Positions 10,713 to 19,319 of a DNA stretch of 64,000 nucleotides are shown here, piece by piece. The position numbers were made by a program, and so were the translations under genes. Source of the stretch: Sedimentisphaeraceae bacterium JB056 (GTDB lineage: Bacteria > Planctomycetota > Phycisphaerae > Sedimentisphaerales > Sedimentisphaeraceae); NCBI GenBank assembly GCA_044440125.1, contig JBITAJ010000022.1, positions 96,001 to 160,000 of the forward strand. Direction: 5' to 3'. The notes beneath the pieces were generated by a model. That model was not told the origin of the DNA. It saw nothing but the letters and a program-made list of their open reading frames with translations, and made no database searches. The first letter of the stretch is position 1. Each line of letters starts with the position of its first letter.

Positions 10713-12494
10713 TTAAATCAAAAAACAATCATAATTGAATTTCACTTGCCCCAATTCAGAATTAGTCTGATAATCACGATTTTTTCCTGTCTTTCTTCCT
10801 TTTTCTGCAATCAGATGTAAATTGTTTTTTGCTCTGGAGCATATAACATATAGTAATTTTCTGGATACTTGCATAGCATGTTCTCTGCTTTGGTCAATAA
10901 TATCATCCCAATGAGGCAAATAACCACTCAAAAGCCCAAAAGCAATAACTGTTTCAAACTCCTCGCCTTTTATCCCTACACAAGTATTAATAACAATACC
11001 TTCAGCCTCTTTATAATAAGCCTTAAATGATTCCGTGTCATCAGGAAATACATATTCATCTTCAGTTAATCGCTCTGTCGTTCTGTCGAAAAAGGTTTTT
11101 TGCCGATTCTGCATTTCTGTATTTTCAATAACAATGCCAAGCTTTTGCATTAGCTGATCAAAACATTCTTTCAAGTAAACTAATGCCTTTTTTTTATCTG
11201 AATTAATACTATTAACCGTTTTCAGCAAAACCTTTGCCCTGTCATCTTCTTTCATAATATCATAACCAAGAAGAAGTTCAATTTCTAAGATAATTTCTTC
11301 CGCCCATCTAAGTCTGGCATGAAATAAGTTGGGTTTTGGTTCAGTCAAAAAAAGCTTTGATATTTTATACCATATATTTTCTCTCAATTTTGACATAGGA
11401 GTGATTCCTGATGCATCAAACTTAACTTGTGGAAGCATAGCTCTGAGTTTTTTGGTCATTGAAGTAATAAGCCTCCATTGCGGAACAAGGATGCAAATTT
11501 CATTTTCTGGAACTTTTTTTTCAATATTCAATTTAATAAGTCTTGCTAATTCTTCAATCAAATCATCCTTATGAATATCGGTATTAAATGTTACAACCCC
11601 TTCATTCCCTCTATTTCCACCTATGCCATTTATTTTGTATGGAGTAGATTGAAACTCACTGTAAAAATCAATTATTCTTTGATTTGTTCTGTAATTTCCA
11701 GGAAGTGACAACTCCTCTAACTCTGCATTAATCTCCTGTTTAATTTTCGAATAGGGTTTTGCAATTCCGCCTAATGAATGATAAACAGCTTGATCTGGAT
11801 CACCTGCAAAGAATACCTTTACACTGCCTTGCCCAGTTGCAATTATCTTTGAGATTATTGAATATTGCAAGTCGTGCGTATCTTGATATTCATCGACGCA
11901 TATCAATGAAAAAATATTCGATAATATCTTACTAATAATGGGGTACCCAATTAGTAATTTATGAGAGAAATAAAGCAATTGGTTAAAATCAATAGTCCTA
12001 TTTTTTAGAATTTCATTGTAGTAATCGGAAATTAAGCTTCTTTTTTTTGTATCCAGACATTCATATGTCCCATCTCTATTAAATCGTAAATTAATAGATT
12101 CATATCTCTTATAACCATATTTTTTCTTTAATATAGCCAAAAGCTCAATATTATCGGCTTCTTCGGCTACCCTGTATCCATTTTTTAATTCATCTAAGTA
12201 ACCAGAATAAGGTTTGAGTATCCATTCGAGACAGAATGAATGAATAGTACCAGTCCAGAGCTGATTCTGACATATACCCATACTGTCAACACGTTTAATT
12301 ATTTCATCAGCAGCTCGATTGGTAAATGTAATTGCTGCAATCTTCTTTTTGGAGGATTCTAATCGGTCAAGTTCATAAGCAATCTTATGCGTGATAACAC
12401 GAGTTTTACCACTACCAGGGCAAGCAGTTAATAACACATGACCACTGGCTTTCACTGCCTTAATTTGTTGTTTATTTAGATCTTTGAAAAACAT
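10713..12494 (-). CDS. UvrD/PcrA-like SF1 helicase, GajB-like
   Basis: ACPGSGKT, ITFTNRAA, GTIHSF, VDEYQD, GDPDQAVY, NYR, KGEEF, YVICSRA; directly downstream of an OLD nuclease gene. Confidence 0.88.
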   Translation of the reverse strand: MFFKDLNKQQIKAVKASGHVLLTACPGSGKTRVITHKIAYELDRLESSKKKIAAITFTNRAADEIIKRVDSMGICQNQLWTGTIHSFCLEWILKPYSGYLDELKNGYRVAEEADNIELLAILKKKYGYKRYESINLRFNRDGTYECLDTKKRSLISDYYNEILKNRTIDFNQLLYFSHKLLIGYPIISKILSNIFSLICVDEYQDTHDLQYSIISKIIATGQGSVKVFFAGDPDQAVYHSLGGIAKPYSKIKQEINAELEELSLPGNYRTNQRIIDFYSEFQSTPYKINGIGGNRGNEGVVTFNTDIHKDDLIEELARLIKLNIEKKVPENEICILVPQWRLITSMTKKLRAMLPQVKFDASGITPMSKLRENIWYKISKLFLTEPKPNLFHARLRWAEEIILEIELLLGYDIMKEDDRAKVLLKTVNSINSDKKKALVYLKECFDQLMQKLGIVIENTEMQNRQKTFFDRTTERLTEDEYVFPDDTESFKAYYKEAEGIVINTCVGIKGEEFETVIAFGLLSGYLPHWDDIIDQSREHAMQVSRKLLYVICSRAKNNLHLIAEKGRKTGKNRDYQTNSELGQVKFNYDCFLI

Positions 12495-12500
12495 ATCTTA

Positions 12501-14603
12501 TCAAAAAAAACAAAGTAATTCATCATCCTGAAATTTGTCTTGAAATTCATCTATAATTTCTTCTGGATTGTCTTGAATGATGCGACTAGCAATTTCTTGA
12601 TCTTTTTCCTCGCCATCTTTTAGATACTGTTTAAGTCTATAATTAACCATTTTCTCCAAAGTTTTTTTAGGTACCGATGGAACGGTAAATTTAATCGCAT
12701 TAAGTATGTATTCAGGTATATACGTATTAAATTGCAGATGCTCTTCCACATGAAGAGCAAACCAACCCTTGCCTATTTTGTTAGCAAGTTTCAAGACTTC
12801 TTTACCTTTAATTGGTATGTTGTCATTATCTATATTGGCTTTTGAATTTATCTTTTTGGCTTCTTGCTTAAAAATTTCATCAATAACTCCTTTTACTTCA
12901 AATTCATTAGAATTTTTAACAAAATCTACCTCAAAAGTATATTCCGCATAGAATGGTTTTACATACTCATTGTTCTCGTGATAAGCATTAAATTTTAATT
13001 GTCTATCTGATCCAGCCTTTTGTGATGCTCGATAATACTTTTCTTCCTTACTATCAAGAGTACTATCCTCATTTAATGGAATGAGTGACTTGTCTTGATC
13101 TGTAATAATTGCACATTGCTTACGAACTCTTTCTTTATTAAATATTTGTGCTATATTTAAGAAACCTGTACTCCCAATATTGACTATACTTACACCTATT
13201 TCATCAAACGATACACCGAATACTTTCTCAAACATAGCAGGTATGAGAATATGCTCTGCATCCCCTTCAACAAGAATAACACCTTTAGCAAAAAGCAAAT
13301 CACTTCTTGCGGTATCCAAATACCTTTCCAATCTGGTAACATCTTTCCCATCCAAACCTTTGGACGGAGAAAAAACTAATGACTCTTTGTTTCCTCTGCT
13401 CAGTATACTCATAGAGCTTATTTTACTCACAGATGATATATGAGTTGAATGTGTTGAAACAAAAACTTGTGTGTTATTATCATGAAGGTTACTAAAAAGA
13501 GTCTTTTGAATATGAGTATGGATATGAGCTTCTGGTTCTTCAATCAAAAGGAAATTTGCTACTCTATTCGATGATTTCACTCTATGATATTCAAGCAGTT
13601 TCAGTGAAAGATATATAAGATTTGCACCGCCAAGGCTTAATTCGTTTAATTTTCCTTTATATCCTGTTTCATCAGGGTCGCCAACCCAAAGACTTAATGA
13701 TTGAAAAAGCTTATCCATTTCGTTTGGTAATTCAGATTTTATCTCTATATTTGGAGCATAAGTTGAGCCTATCGCTTGCTCCAAACTTTTAGTTACACCG
13801 AAATCTATATCTTTTACTTCTTTTAAGCCAGCGATCATTGTGTTTAATGATTCAACCTGATCTAATATATTTTTCTGTTTTTCAGGTTCTACTGTTTTCT
13901 CTTGCCCTTTAAGCAAGTTTAACAAAGGATTTTTATAATTTGATCGCAAGTCACTTTCAACATCTCTTAGGGCTTTAATAAATGTGCAAGAAACCTCCGA
14001 AGGAAGAGATAACCCATTAGATGTTTTTTTACCCAAAACATCATCTAATGTATCGTCTGGGTCTGGAAATTCCATTTCATCAAAATCACCAACATACTTT
14101 TTATAATCACTATCATCTTCAAAACTAATGCTACCTCTACCGCAAAAAAACAACTCATAATCATCTATAGTGATTTTTCTACAAATATCAGTAAAGTCCT
14201 CCTTTTTTTTCGATTCTCCCTGTGAAAAATCGTAAAGTATTTTCCTAACGGCATGTTTGGGTCTAAAATATAACGAATACCTTCCTTTTTTCTCACTCGA
14301 ACTAATATCACTGCATGACTGTGCCAATAAGGCTAAGACTGGCTCACTATGATCCAATTCACTAAATTCAATGCTGATAATTATCCAATGTCCCGCCCAT
14401 TCTTCCAGCTTACGATTAAAATCACCTTCACGTAATGTTATAGATCTAGGAAGGCTGTCATCAATTAACAATCGCAAAGCAAAGAAGGCATTGGTTTTAC
14501 CTGAACCATTTTCACCAATAATGGTATTTACACCTTTACTAAATTCAAATTTCTGACATGAAAAATTACGAAAATTCCTAATTGTAAGCGAAGATATATA
14601 CAT
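12501..14603 (-). CDS. OLD-family ATP-dependent nuclease (ABC ATPase + TOPRIM), GajA-like
   Basis: IRNFRNF, GENGSGKT, LSLGG, LIEEPEAHIH, STHS, TOPRIM LVEGDAE and ITDQD. Confidence 0.9.
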   Translation of the reverse strand: MYISSLTIRNFRNFSCQKFEFSKGVNTIIGENGSGKTNAFFALRLLIDDSLPRSITLREGDFNRKLEEWAGHWIIISIEFSELDHSEPVLALLAQSCSDISSSEKKGRYSLYFRPKHAVRKILYDFSQGESKKKEDFTDICRKITIDDYELFFCGRGSISFEDDSDYKKYVGDFDEMEFPDPDDTLDDVLGKKTSNGLSLPSEVSCTFIKALRDVESDLRSNYKNPLLNLLKGQEKTVEPEKQKNILDQVESLNTMIAGLKEVKDIDFGVTKSLEQAIGSTYAPNIEIKSELPNEMDKLFQSLSLWVGDPDETGYKGKLNELSLGGANLIYLSLKLLEYHRVKSSNRVANFLLIEEPEAHIHTHIQKTLFSNLHDNNTQVFVSTHSTHISSVSKISSMSILSRGNKESLVFSPSKGLDGKDVTRLERYLDTARSDLLFAKGVILVEGDAEHILIPAMFEKVFGVSFDEIGVSIVNIGSTGFLNIAQIFNKERVRKQCAIITDQDKSLIPLNEDSTLDSKEEKYYRASQKAGSDRQLKFNAYHENNEYVKPFYAEYTFEVDFVKNSNEFEVKGVIDEIFKQEAKKINSKANIDNDNIPIKGKEVLKLANKIGKGWFALHVEEHLQFNTYIPEYILNAIKFTVPSVPKKTLEKMVNYRLKQYLKDGEEKDQEIASRIIQDNPEEIIDEFQDKFQDDELLCFF

Positions 14604-14617
14604 ATTCTACTTTCCAT

Positions 14618-14657
14618 AAGACTAATTAAAGGGTCCAAAGACTAATTAAAGGGTCCA
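14618..14657. repeat. Perfect 20-bp tandem duplication
   Basis: AAGACTAATTAAAGGGTCCA at 14618-14637 and 14638-14657. Confidence 0.95.
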
Positions 14658-14804
14658 GGTCTCTTTTTCTTACTACTTAACATCATTACCAACAACCACT
14701 TACATAAAAAACACCACATACAGCTGGCACTTGCAGATAATTGTTAACTGAATAACTGACAACTGGCCTTCCTTCGTGGTAAAAAAATAAATCACCAACA
14801 AACA

Positions 14805-14853
14805 GATAACTGTTAACTGTTAATTGATCACTGATCATTGTTAACTGATACCT
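14805..14853. repeat. Degenerate heptamer tandem repeat, 7 units
   Basis: GATAACT GTTAACT GTTAATT GATCACT GATCATT GTTAACT GATACCT; a shorter run of the same type at about 14737-14766. Confidence 0.85.
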
Positions 14854-15004
14854 GAATAAACATTCTATACTCAGGAAATATATTTACAATAAATTTCTTT
14901 GAATTTCATCCCTTACCCACCAATACCTCCCAACTTTTCCAACCTTTAACACCTTCCCCCGCAGCTAATCACTAATCACTAAACCCCCATTTTCAACTTA
15001 ACCC

Positions 15005-15123
15005 CTTCATGCCCTTCATTATCTTCATGGTAAAATAAAATCGTGAGCGATAGCGAACACCACCATTCCTAATTCCTAATTTGTAATTCGTAATTAATTA
15101 GCGTTTTAGCGTCTTAGCGTTAA
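15005..15123. repeat. Composite ~120-bp repeat, copy 1
   Basis: (CTTCATNNN)x3 - AAAATCGTGAGCGATAGCGAAC - (ATTYSTA)x4 - (TTAGCGTY)x3; 15063-15104 is identical to 15430-15471. Confidence 0.9.
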
Positions 15124-15367
15124 TCTGTCAACCATCACGGCGTAAACCATATTTTCTACTCGCTGCTATCTGCGAACCACGAACTGCTATCTATGATAAT
15201 TGCTAACCGCTAACTGATAACGGAATCCCATCTCCCCTCCGTATCCCTCCAACTCCTCTACTAACTTCTATCTTCTAACTTCTCATAAAAAATGCATAAT
15301 ACTAAATCATACAAGGCTCACTGAGTCACACGGAGGCAAGACATCAATATTATAATCCAAACTAAAA

Positions 15368-15491
15368 CTTCATTACCTTAATTATCTTCATGGTTAAAAC
15401 ATAAAAATCGCGAGCAACAGCGAACCCCTCCATTCCTAATTCCTAATTTGTAATTCGTAATTAATTAGCGTCTATTGCGTCTTTGCGTTAA
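15368..15491. repeat. Composite ~120-bp repeat, copy 2
   Basis: Same module order as copy 1, with a 42-bp identical core. Confidence 0.9.
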
Positions 15492-15861
15492 ATCCAGCAA
15501 CATAGTGTTAAAACCCTCGATTTTTCCGAGTCCCATGAGACTTTTTCAAATTTCGCCCCGTTTTTGACCAGAAATCGTTGAAAAAAGAGCAAAAAGCGCG
15601 CGTTTGGTCGCATTTGAGACCACTTTGGGTTAAATTCAGGTCAAAAAAAGTTATACTATCTTGCTATTAGGGACAAACCAAGTGTCCAAGTTGCTTGCAT
15701 TTTCGCACAAAATCGCTCGTCCAACTTGGCCGTTTCCAAAAAAATAAAAAAAAACCACGCTCCCCACTACCAACAGTACCGCGCCCGGCAGGAAGCGGGC
15801 ATCTCCACACACAAACACCTATAATTAAAGCATTTATATCTATCTCCAACCGGCTTTGCCC

Positions 15862-15921
15862 ATAAAATCGTGAGCAAAGCGAACACCACCATTCCTAATT
15901 CTAAATTCGTAATTCTTAATT
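15862..15921. repeat. Composite repeat, partial copy 3
   Basis: ATAAAATCGTGAGCAAAGCGAACACCACCATTCCTAATT followed by heptamers. Confidence 0.85.
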
Positions 15922-16046
15922 GCTACTGCTATTAAAAAAACACAAACGCGCAAGTATCGGCAAAAGTGAAAAGTATCTGACAAAATTAGACACTAAAAAA
16001 AGGGTAAAACTTGCATTTTTAAGCAATTACGCTTAATATATTTCAA

Positions 16047-16517
16047 ATGGCAAAAGAAAACGACAAAAAGAGCTGGCCTCGTATAAAAAACAAAAAGGCC
16101 TGGCATAATTACGAGATACTGGATAAATTTGAAGCGGGGATTTCTCTTCAGGGAAGTGAAGTCAAATCCTTGCGTCTGGGCAATGCTGATCTTAACGCAT
16201 CCTACGCGAAAATAATGCGTAACGAATGCTATCTCGTCGGCTGCAAAATCGAGCAGTACAAGCAGGCAAGCTATAATAATCACATCACAGACCGTGACAG
16301 AAAATTATTGCTCCACTCGGCTCAGATACGCAAGCTGATCTCAAAACTCGATCAAAGAGGTTACGCGCTCATACCGCTGGCCCTCTACTTCAATGATCGC
16401 GGCCTTGTCAAGGTAGAGCTGGCATTAGCCAGAGGTAAGAAGCTTTACGACAAGCGGGATACACTGAGAAAGAAAGATCAGGCGAGAGATCTCCAACGCA
16501 GTCTCAAAAACTGGTAA
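16047..16517 (+). CDS. smpB: SsrA-binding protein
   Basis: NKKAWHNY, EAGISLQGSEVKSLR, RKLLLH, GKKLYDKR. Confidence 0.97.
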   Translation: MAKENDKKSWPRIKNKKAWHNYEILDKFEAGISLQGSEVKSLRLGNADLNASYAKIMRNECYLVGCKIEQYKQASYNNHITDRDRKLLLHSAQIRKLISKLDQRGYALIPLALYFNDRGLVKVELALARGKKLYDKRDTLRKKDQARDLQRSLKNW

Positions 16518-16540
16518 CATAATTACTGAAAGGATATACA

Positions 16541-16735
16541 ATGGAATGTAAAAAAGAAGCCAACAAGCAAAATTGTGCTTGTACTTATACAAGCTGCGGC
16601 AAACGAGGGGTATGTTGCGACTGTATACAATATCACTTGGCAAGCAAACAGTTGCCTGGATGCTGCTTTCCTCCGGAAGCGGAAAAGACATACGACAGAA
16701 GCTTCAAAGCTTTTGCAAAAGCCTGGAATCTTTGA
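16541..16735 (+). CDS. Small Cys-rich protein (DUF6485-like)
   Basis: CACTY..CGKRGVCCDCIQYH....LPGCCFP....TYDRS; AAGGA RBS. Confidence 0.75.
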   Translation: MECKKEANKQNCACTYTSCGKRGVCCDCIQYHLASKQLPGCCFPPEAEKTYDRSFKAFAKAWNL

Positions 16736-16778
16736 CCAACATTACTCATAAGCCATAAGGCCGGAAAGAGGATTTAAG

Positions 16779-18182
16779 ATGGATTATATCAATCGGGAAG
16801 ACAAAAACTCAAAACCCAAAGACAACGGTTCTGCTCCTAAAATGGACTACATCAAGAAAGATGATGCCAGAGCTGTCCCAAATAACAATATTCTCAGCCA
16901 GGACGTGCCGCCTCAAGGTTACGGCCCTGTGAAGAACACCCCTGAACCGCGGATAACTCCTCAGCCTCAGAACTACGGAGCAAAGCCCAAGCAAACCGGC
17001 AACTCTTACCAGCAGCCGCAGACTCCGCCTCAATCTCAACCGCAGTCTCAATCTCGGCCGCAACCACAGCCACAGACGCCTCCGCAGTACCAATCACAAT
17101 ATCAGTATCAGCCGCAGACTCCATCTGCCGTCCAACCTCAGGTACAAAAATCAAGCAAGCTCTCTGATGGAGCAGGCATACTTTTCAAAGGACTCTGGCA
17201 AATTACAAAATATATATTCTTCGGCTTTTCAGTATTAGGCAATCTGATTCTTCTGCTGTTGATAATAGGAATCATTGCAGCAGGTTATTCCGGCTACAAA
17301 GGAAGCAGTAGTTTTTCAGGAATGGGTTCCGGCGCAGGAGAGAATTATTCCGAATACCTCATAATGGATGGTACCGCACATGAAAGAATCGCCATAGTAG
17401 ATGTTTGCAACGTGATAACTACGGAAACATCCGAAGCACTCAGGCAGCAGTTCGACATAGTACTCGCCGATTCAACGATAAAAGGTATTATCGTGAGAAT
17501 ACAAAGTCCCGGCGGTTCTGTAGTAGCCAGTGATCAAATCCATCACATGATAGAAAAACTCAGTGAAGAAAAAAGAGTTCCGATAATGGCATACATGGCA
17601 GGACTGGCCGCTTCAGGCGGATACTACACAGCAATCGCATGTGATAGAATCATTGCCGAGCCAACTACCATCACAGGATCTATCGGCGTAATAATGCAGA
17701 CCTTCACAATGAAGCAGCTCTTTGAAGAAAAGCTTGGCGTACAGCCTGTAACTGTAAAAAGCGGCTTGAAAAAGGATTGGCCCAACAGCTTCCAGGATGT
17801 AACACCTGAGCAGCGTCAGTATCTTGACGATAAACTTATCAGACCCGCCTATGACAGATTCGTAGATCTGGTTGATAAGGGTCGCCCGCTGCTTAGCCGT
17901 GAGCAGATAACTCCGCTTGCCGACGGCAGTATATACTATGCACAGGAAGCTATGGATAACGGCCTGATAGACCAGATCGGTTATCTTGAAGATGCGGTAA
18001 GTGCATTGAGCGATCAAGCAGGACTTACCGATCCGGAAGTATTCGGATATCAGGAAGTATTCGGTTTCGCCGATATACTCAGAATGCAGACATCATCACA
18101 AAACAACCTCCTGTCAACAGGTAAGGAGCTTGTCTCAGATATGCAAAGTCCCAAACTGATGTATCTCTGGCAGGTAGACTGA
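16779..18182 (+). CDS. sppA: Signal peptide peptidase SppA (S49) with Pro/Gln-rich N-terminus
   Basis: SPGGSVVAS, AASGGYY, TGSIGV; TM after a low-complexity QP tract. Confidence 0.88.
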   Translation: MDYINREDKNSKPKDNGSAPKMDYIKKDDARAVPNNNILSQDVPPQGYGPVKNTPEPRITPQPQNYGAKPKQTGNSYQQPQTPPQSQPQSQSRPQPQPQTPPQYQSQYQYQPQTPSAVQPQVQKSSKLSDGAGILFKGLWQITKYIFFGFSVLGNLILLLLIIGIIAAGYSGYKGSSSFSGMGSGAGENYSEYLIMDGTAHERIAIVDVCNVITTETSEALRQQFDIVLADSTIKGIIVRIQSPGGSVVASDQIHHMIEKLSEEKRVPIMAYMAGLAASGGYYTAIACDRIIAEPTTITGSIGVIMQTFTMKQLFEEKLGVQPVTVKSGLKKDWPNSFQDVTPEQRQYLDDKLIRPAYDRFVDLVDKGRPLLSREQITPLADGSIYYAQEAMDNGLIDQIGYLEDAVSALSDQAGLTDPEVFGYQEVFGFADILRMQTSSQNNLLSTGKELVSDMQSPKLMYLWQVD

Positions 18183-18197
18183 TAACAATCGCACTGC

Positions 18198-18237
18198 AAG
18201 GCTATGTTTATCTCAGAGGGTAAGCATAGCCTTTTTT
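18198..18237 (+). terminator. Intrinsic terminator after sppA
   Basis: AAGGCTATG/CATAGCCTT stem followed by a T-run. Confidence 0.75.
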
Positions 18238-18265
18238 GAAAAAAGAAGTAAGAAGGAGAAAATCA

Positions 18266-19291
18266 ATGAAAGTAATTGTATTCAGCACCAAGAAATATGA
18301 TATTCAATATCTCGATCAGGCCAATGAGGAAGCCTCGCACGAGATCACATACATAGAATCAAGACTTTCAGAGGAAACTGTACGGCTGGCCGAAGGCTTT
18401 GATATAGCATGTATCTTCGTTAATGATGTAGCCAACAAAGCGGTAATAAAGGGACTTAAAGATTGCGGTGTCGGCGTTATCGCTTTAAGATGTGCGGGAT
18501 TCAATAACGTCGATCTTGATGCAGCAGAAGAATATGGCGTTTGCGTAGTAAGGGTTCCGGCTTATTCTCCTTACGCTGTTGCTGAACATGCGATTGCTTT
18601 AATGATGGTTCTTGATCGCAAGATCCACAGAGCACACAACAGGGTTCGGGAAGGCAACTTCACACTTCAGGGACTGGCAGGATTCGATATGCACGGCAAG
18701 ACCGCCGGCATAATCGGTACAGGTAAAATCGGCCAGTTAACGGCAAGAATACTCAAATGCGGTTTTGGGTGCGAGGTTATAGCTTACGATATTCATAAGA
18801 ATCAGGAGCTTCTCGATATTGGCGTTGAATACAAACCTCTTGATGAGCTTCTCAACAGAAGTGATATCATATCACTCCACTGCCCATTGACTCCTGAGAC
18901 TTACCACATAATAGACTCCGACTCTATAAGTAAAATGAAACAGGGAGCAATGCTCATCAATACAAGCCGTGGCGGCCTGATAGATGCGGCAGCTGTAATC
19001 GAAGGACTTAAAACCGGCAGAATCGGTTATCTTGGGCTTGATGTATATGAGGAAGAAGAATATCTGTTCTTCGAAGACCTGTCGAATGAAGTCATACATG
19101 ATGATGTTTTCGCAAGGCTAATGACTTTGCCAAACGTGATAATAACATCACACCAGGCATATTTCACCAAAGAAGCTCTCAGCAACATAGCCCAGACAAC
19201 CATTGAGAATATTACACATATTGAAAATCGCGGATGCTGCAAAAACGCAGTACTTTGCGAACGCGTCAAAGGTAAATCAAAAAAGAACTGA
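18266..19291 (+). CDS. ldhA: D-lactate dehydrogenase (D-2-hydroxyacid dehydrogenase)
   Basis: LRCAGFNNVD, RVPAYSPYAVAEH, GTGKIG, INTSRG, DVYEEE; ATG 18266 follows AGGAG. Confidence 0.85.
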   Translation: MKVIVFSTKKYDIQYLDQANEEASHEITYIESRLSEETVRLAEGFDIACIFVNDVANKAVIKGLKDCGVGVIALRCAGFNNVDLDAAEEYGVCVVRVPAYSPYAVAEHAIALMMVLDRKIHRAHNRVREGNFTLQGLAGFDMHGKTAGIIGTGKIGQLTARILKCGFGCEVIAYDIHKNQELLDIGVEYKPLDELLNRSDIISLHCPLTPETYHIIDSDSISKMKQGAMLINTSRGGLIDAAAVIEGLKTGRIGYLGLDVYEEEEYLFFEDLSNEVIHDDVFARLMTLPNVIITSHQAYFTKEALSNIAQTTIENITHIENRGCCKNAVLCERVKGKSKKN

Positions 19292-19319
19292 TTAGATATT
19301 TATGAAAGGTTTTATTTTT

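Noticed and set aside
15667..15849. 60-aa minus-strand ORF
   Set aside because: Non-ATG start, no RBS, no protein-like motifs, crosses homopolymer runs
15005..15921. CRISPR array
   Set aside because: Units of about 60-120 bp with irregular spacers of hundreds of bp; no cas genes
14604..16046. tmRNA (ssrA) or tRNA next to smpB
   Set aside because: No tRNA-like GGGG...CCA ends, T-arm or tag peptide visible on either strand
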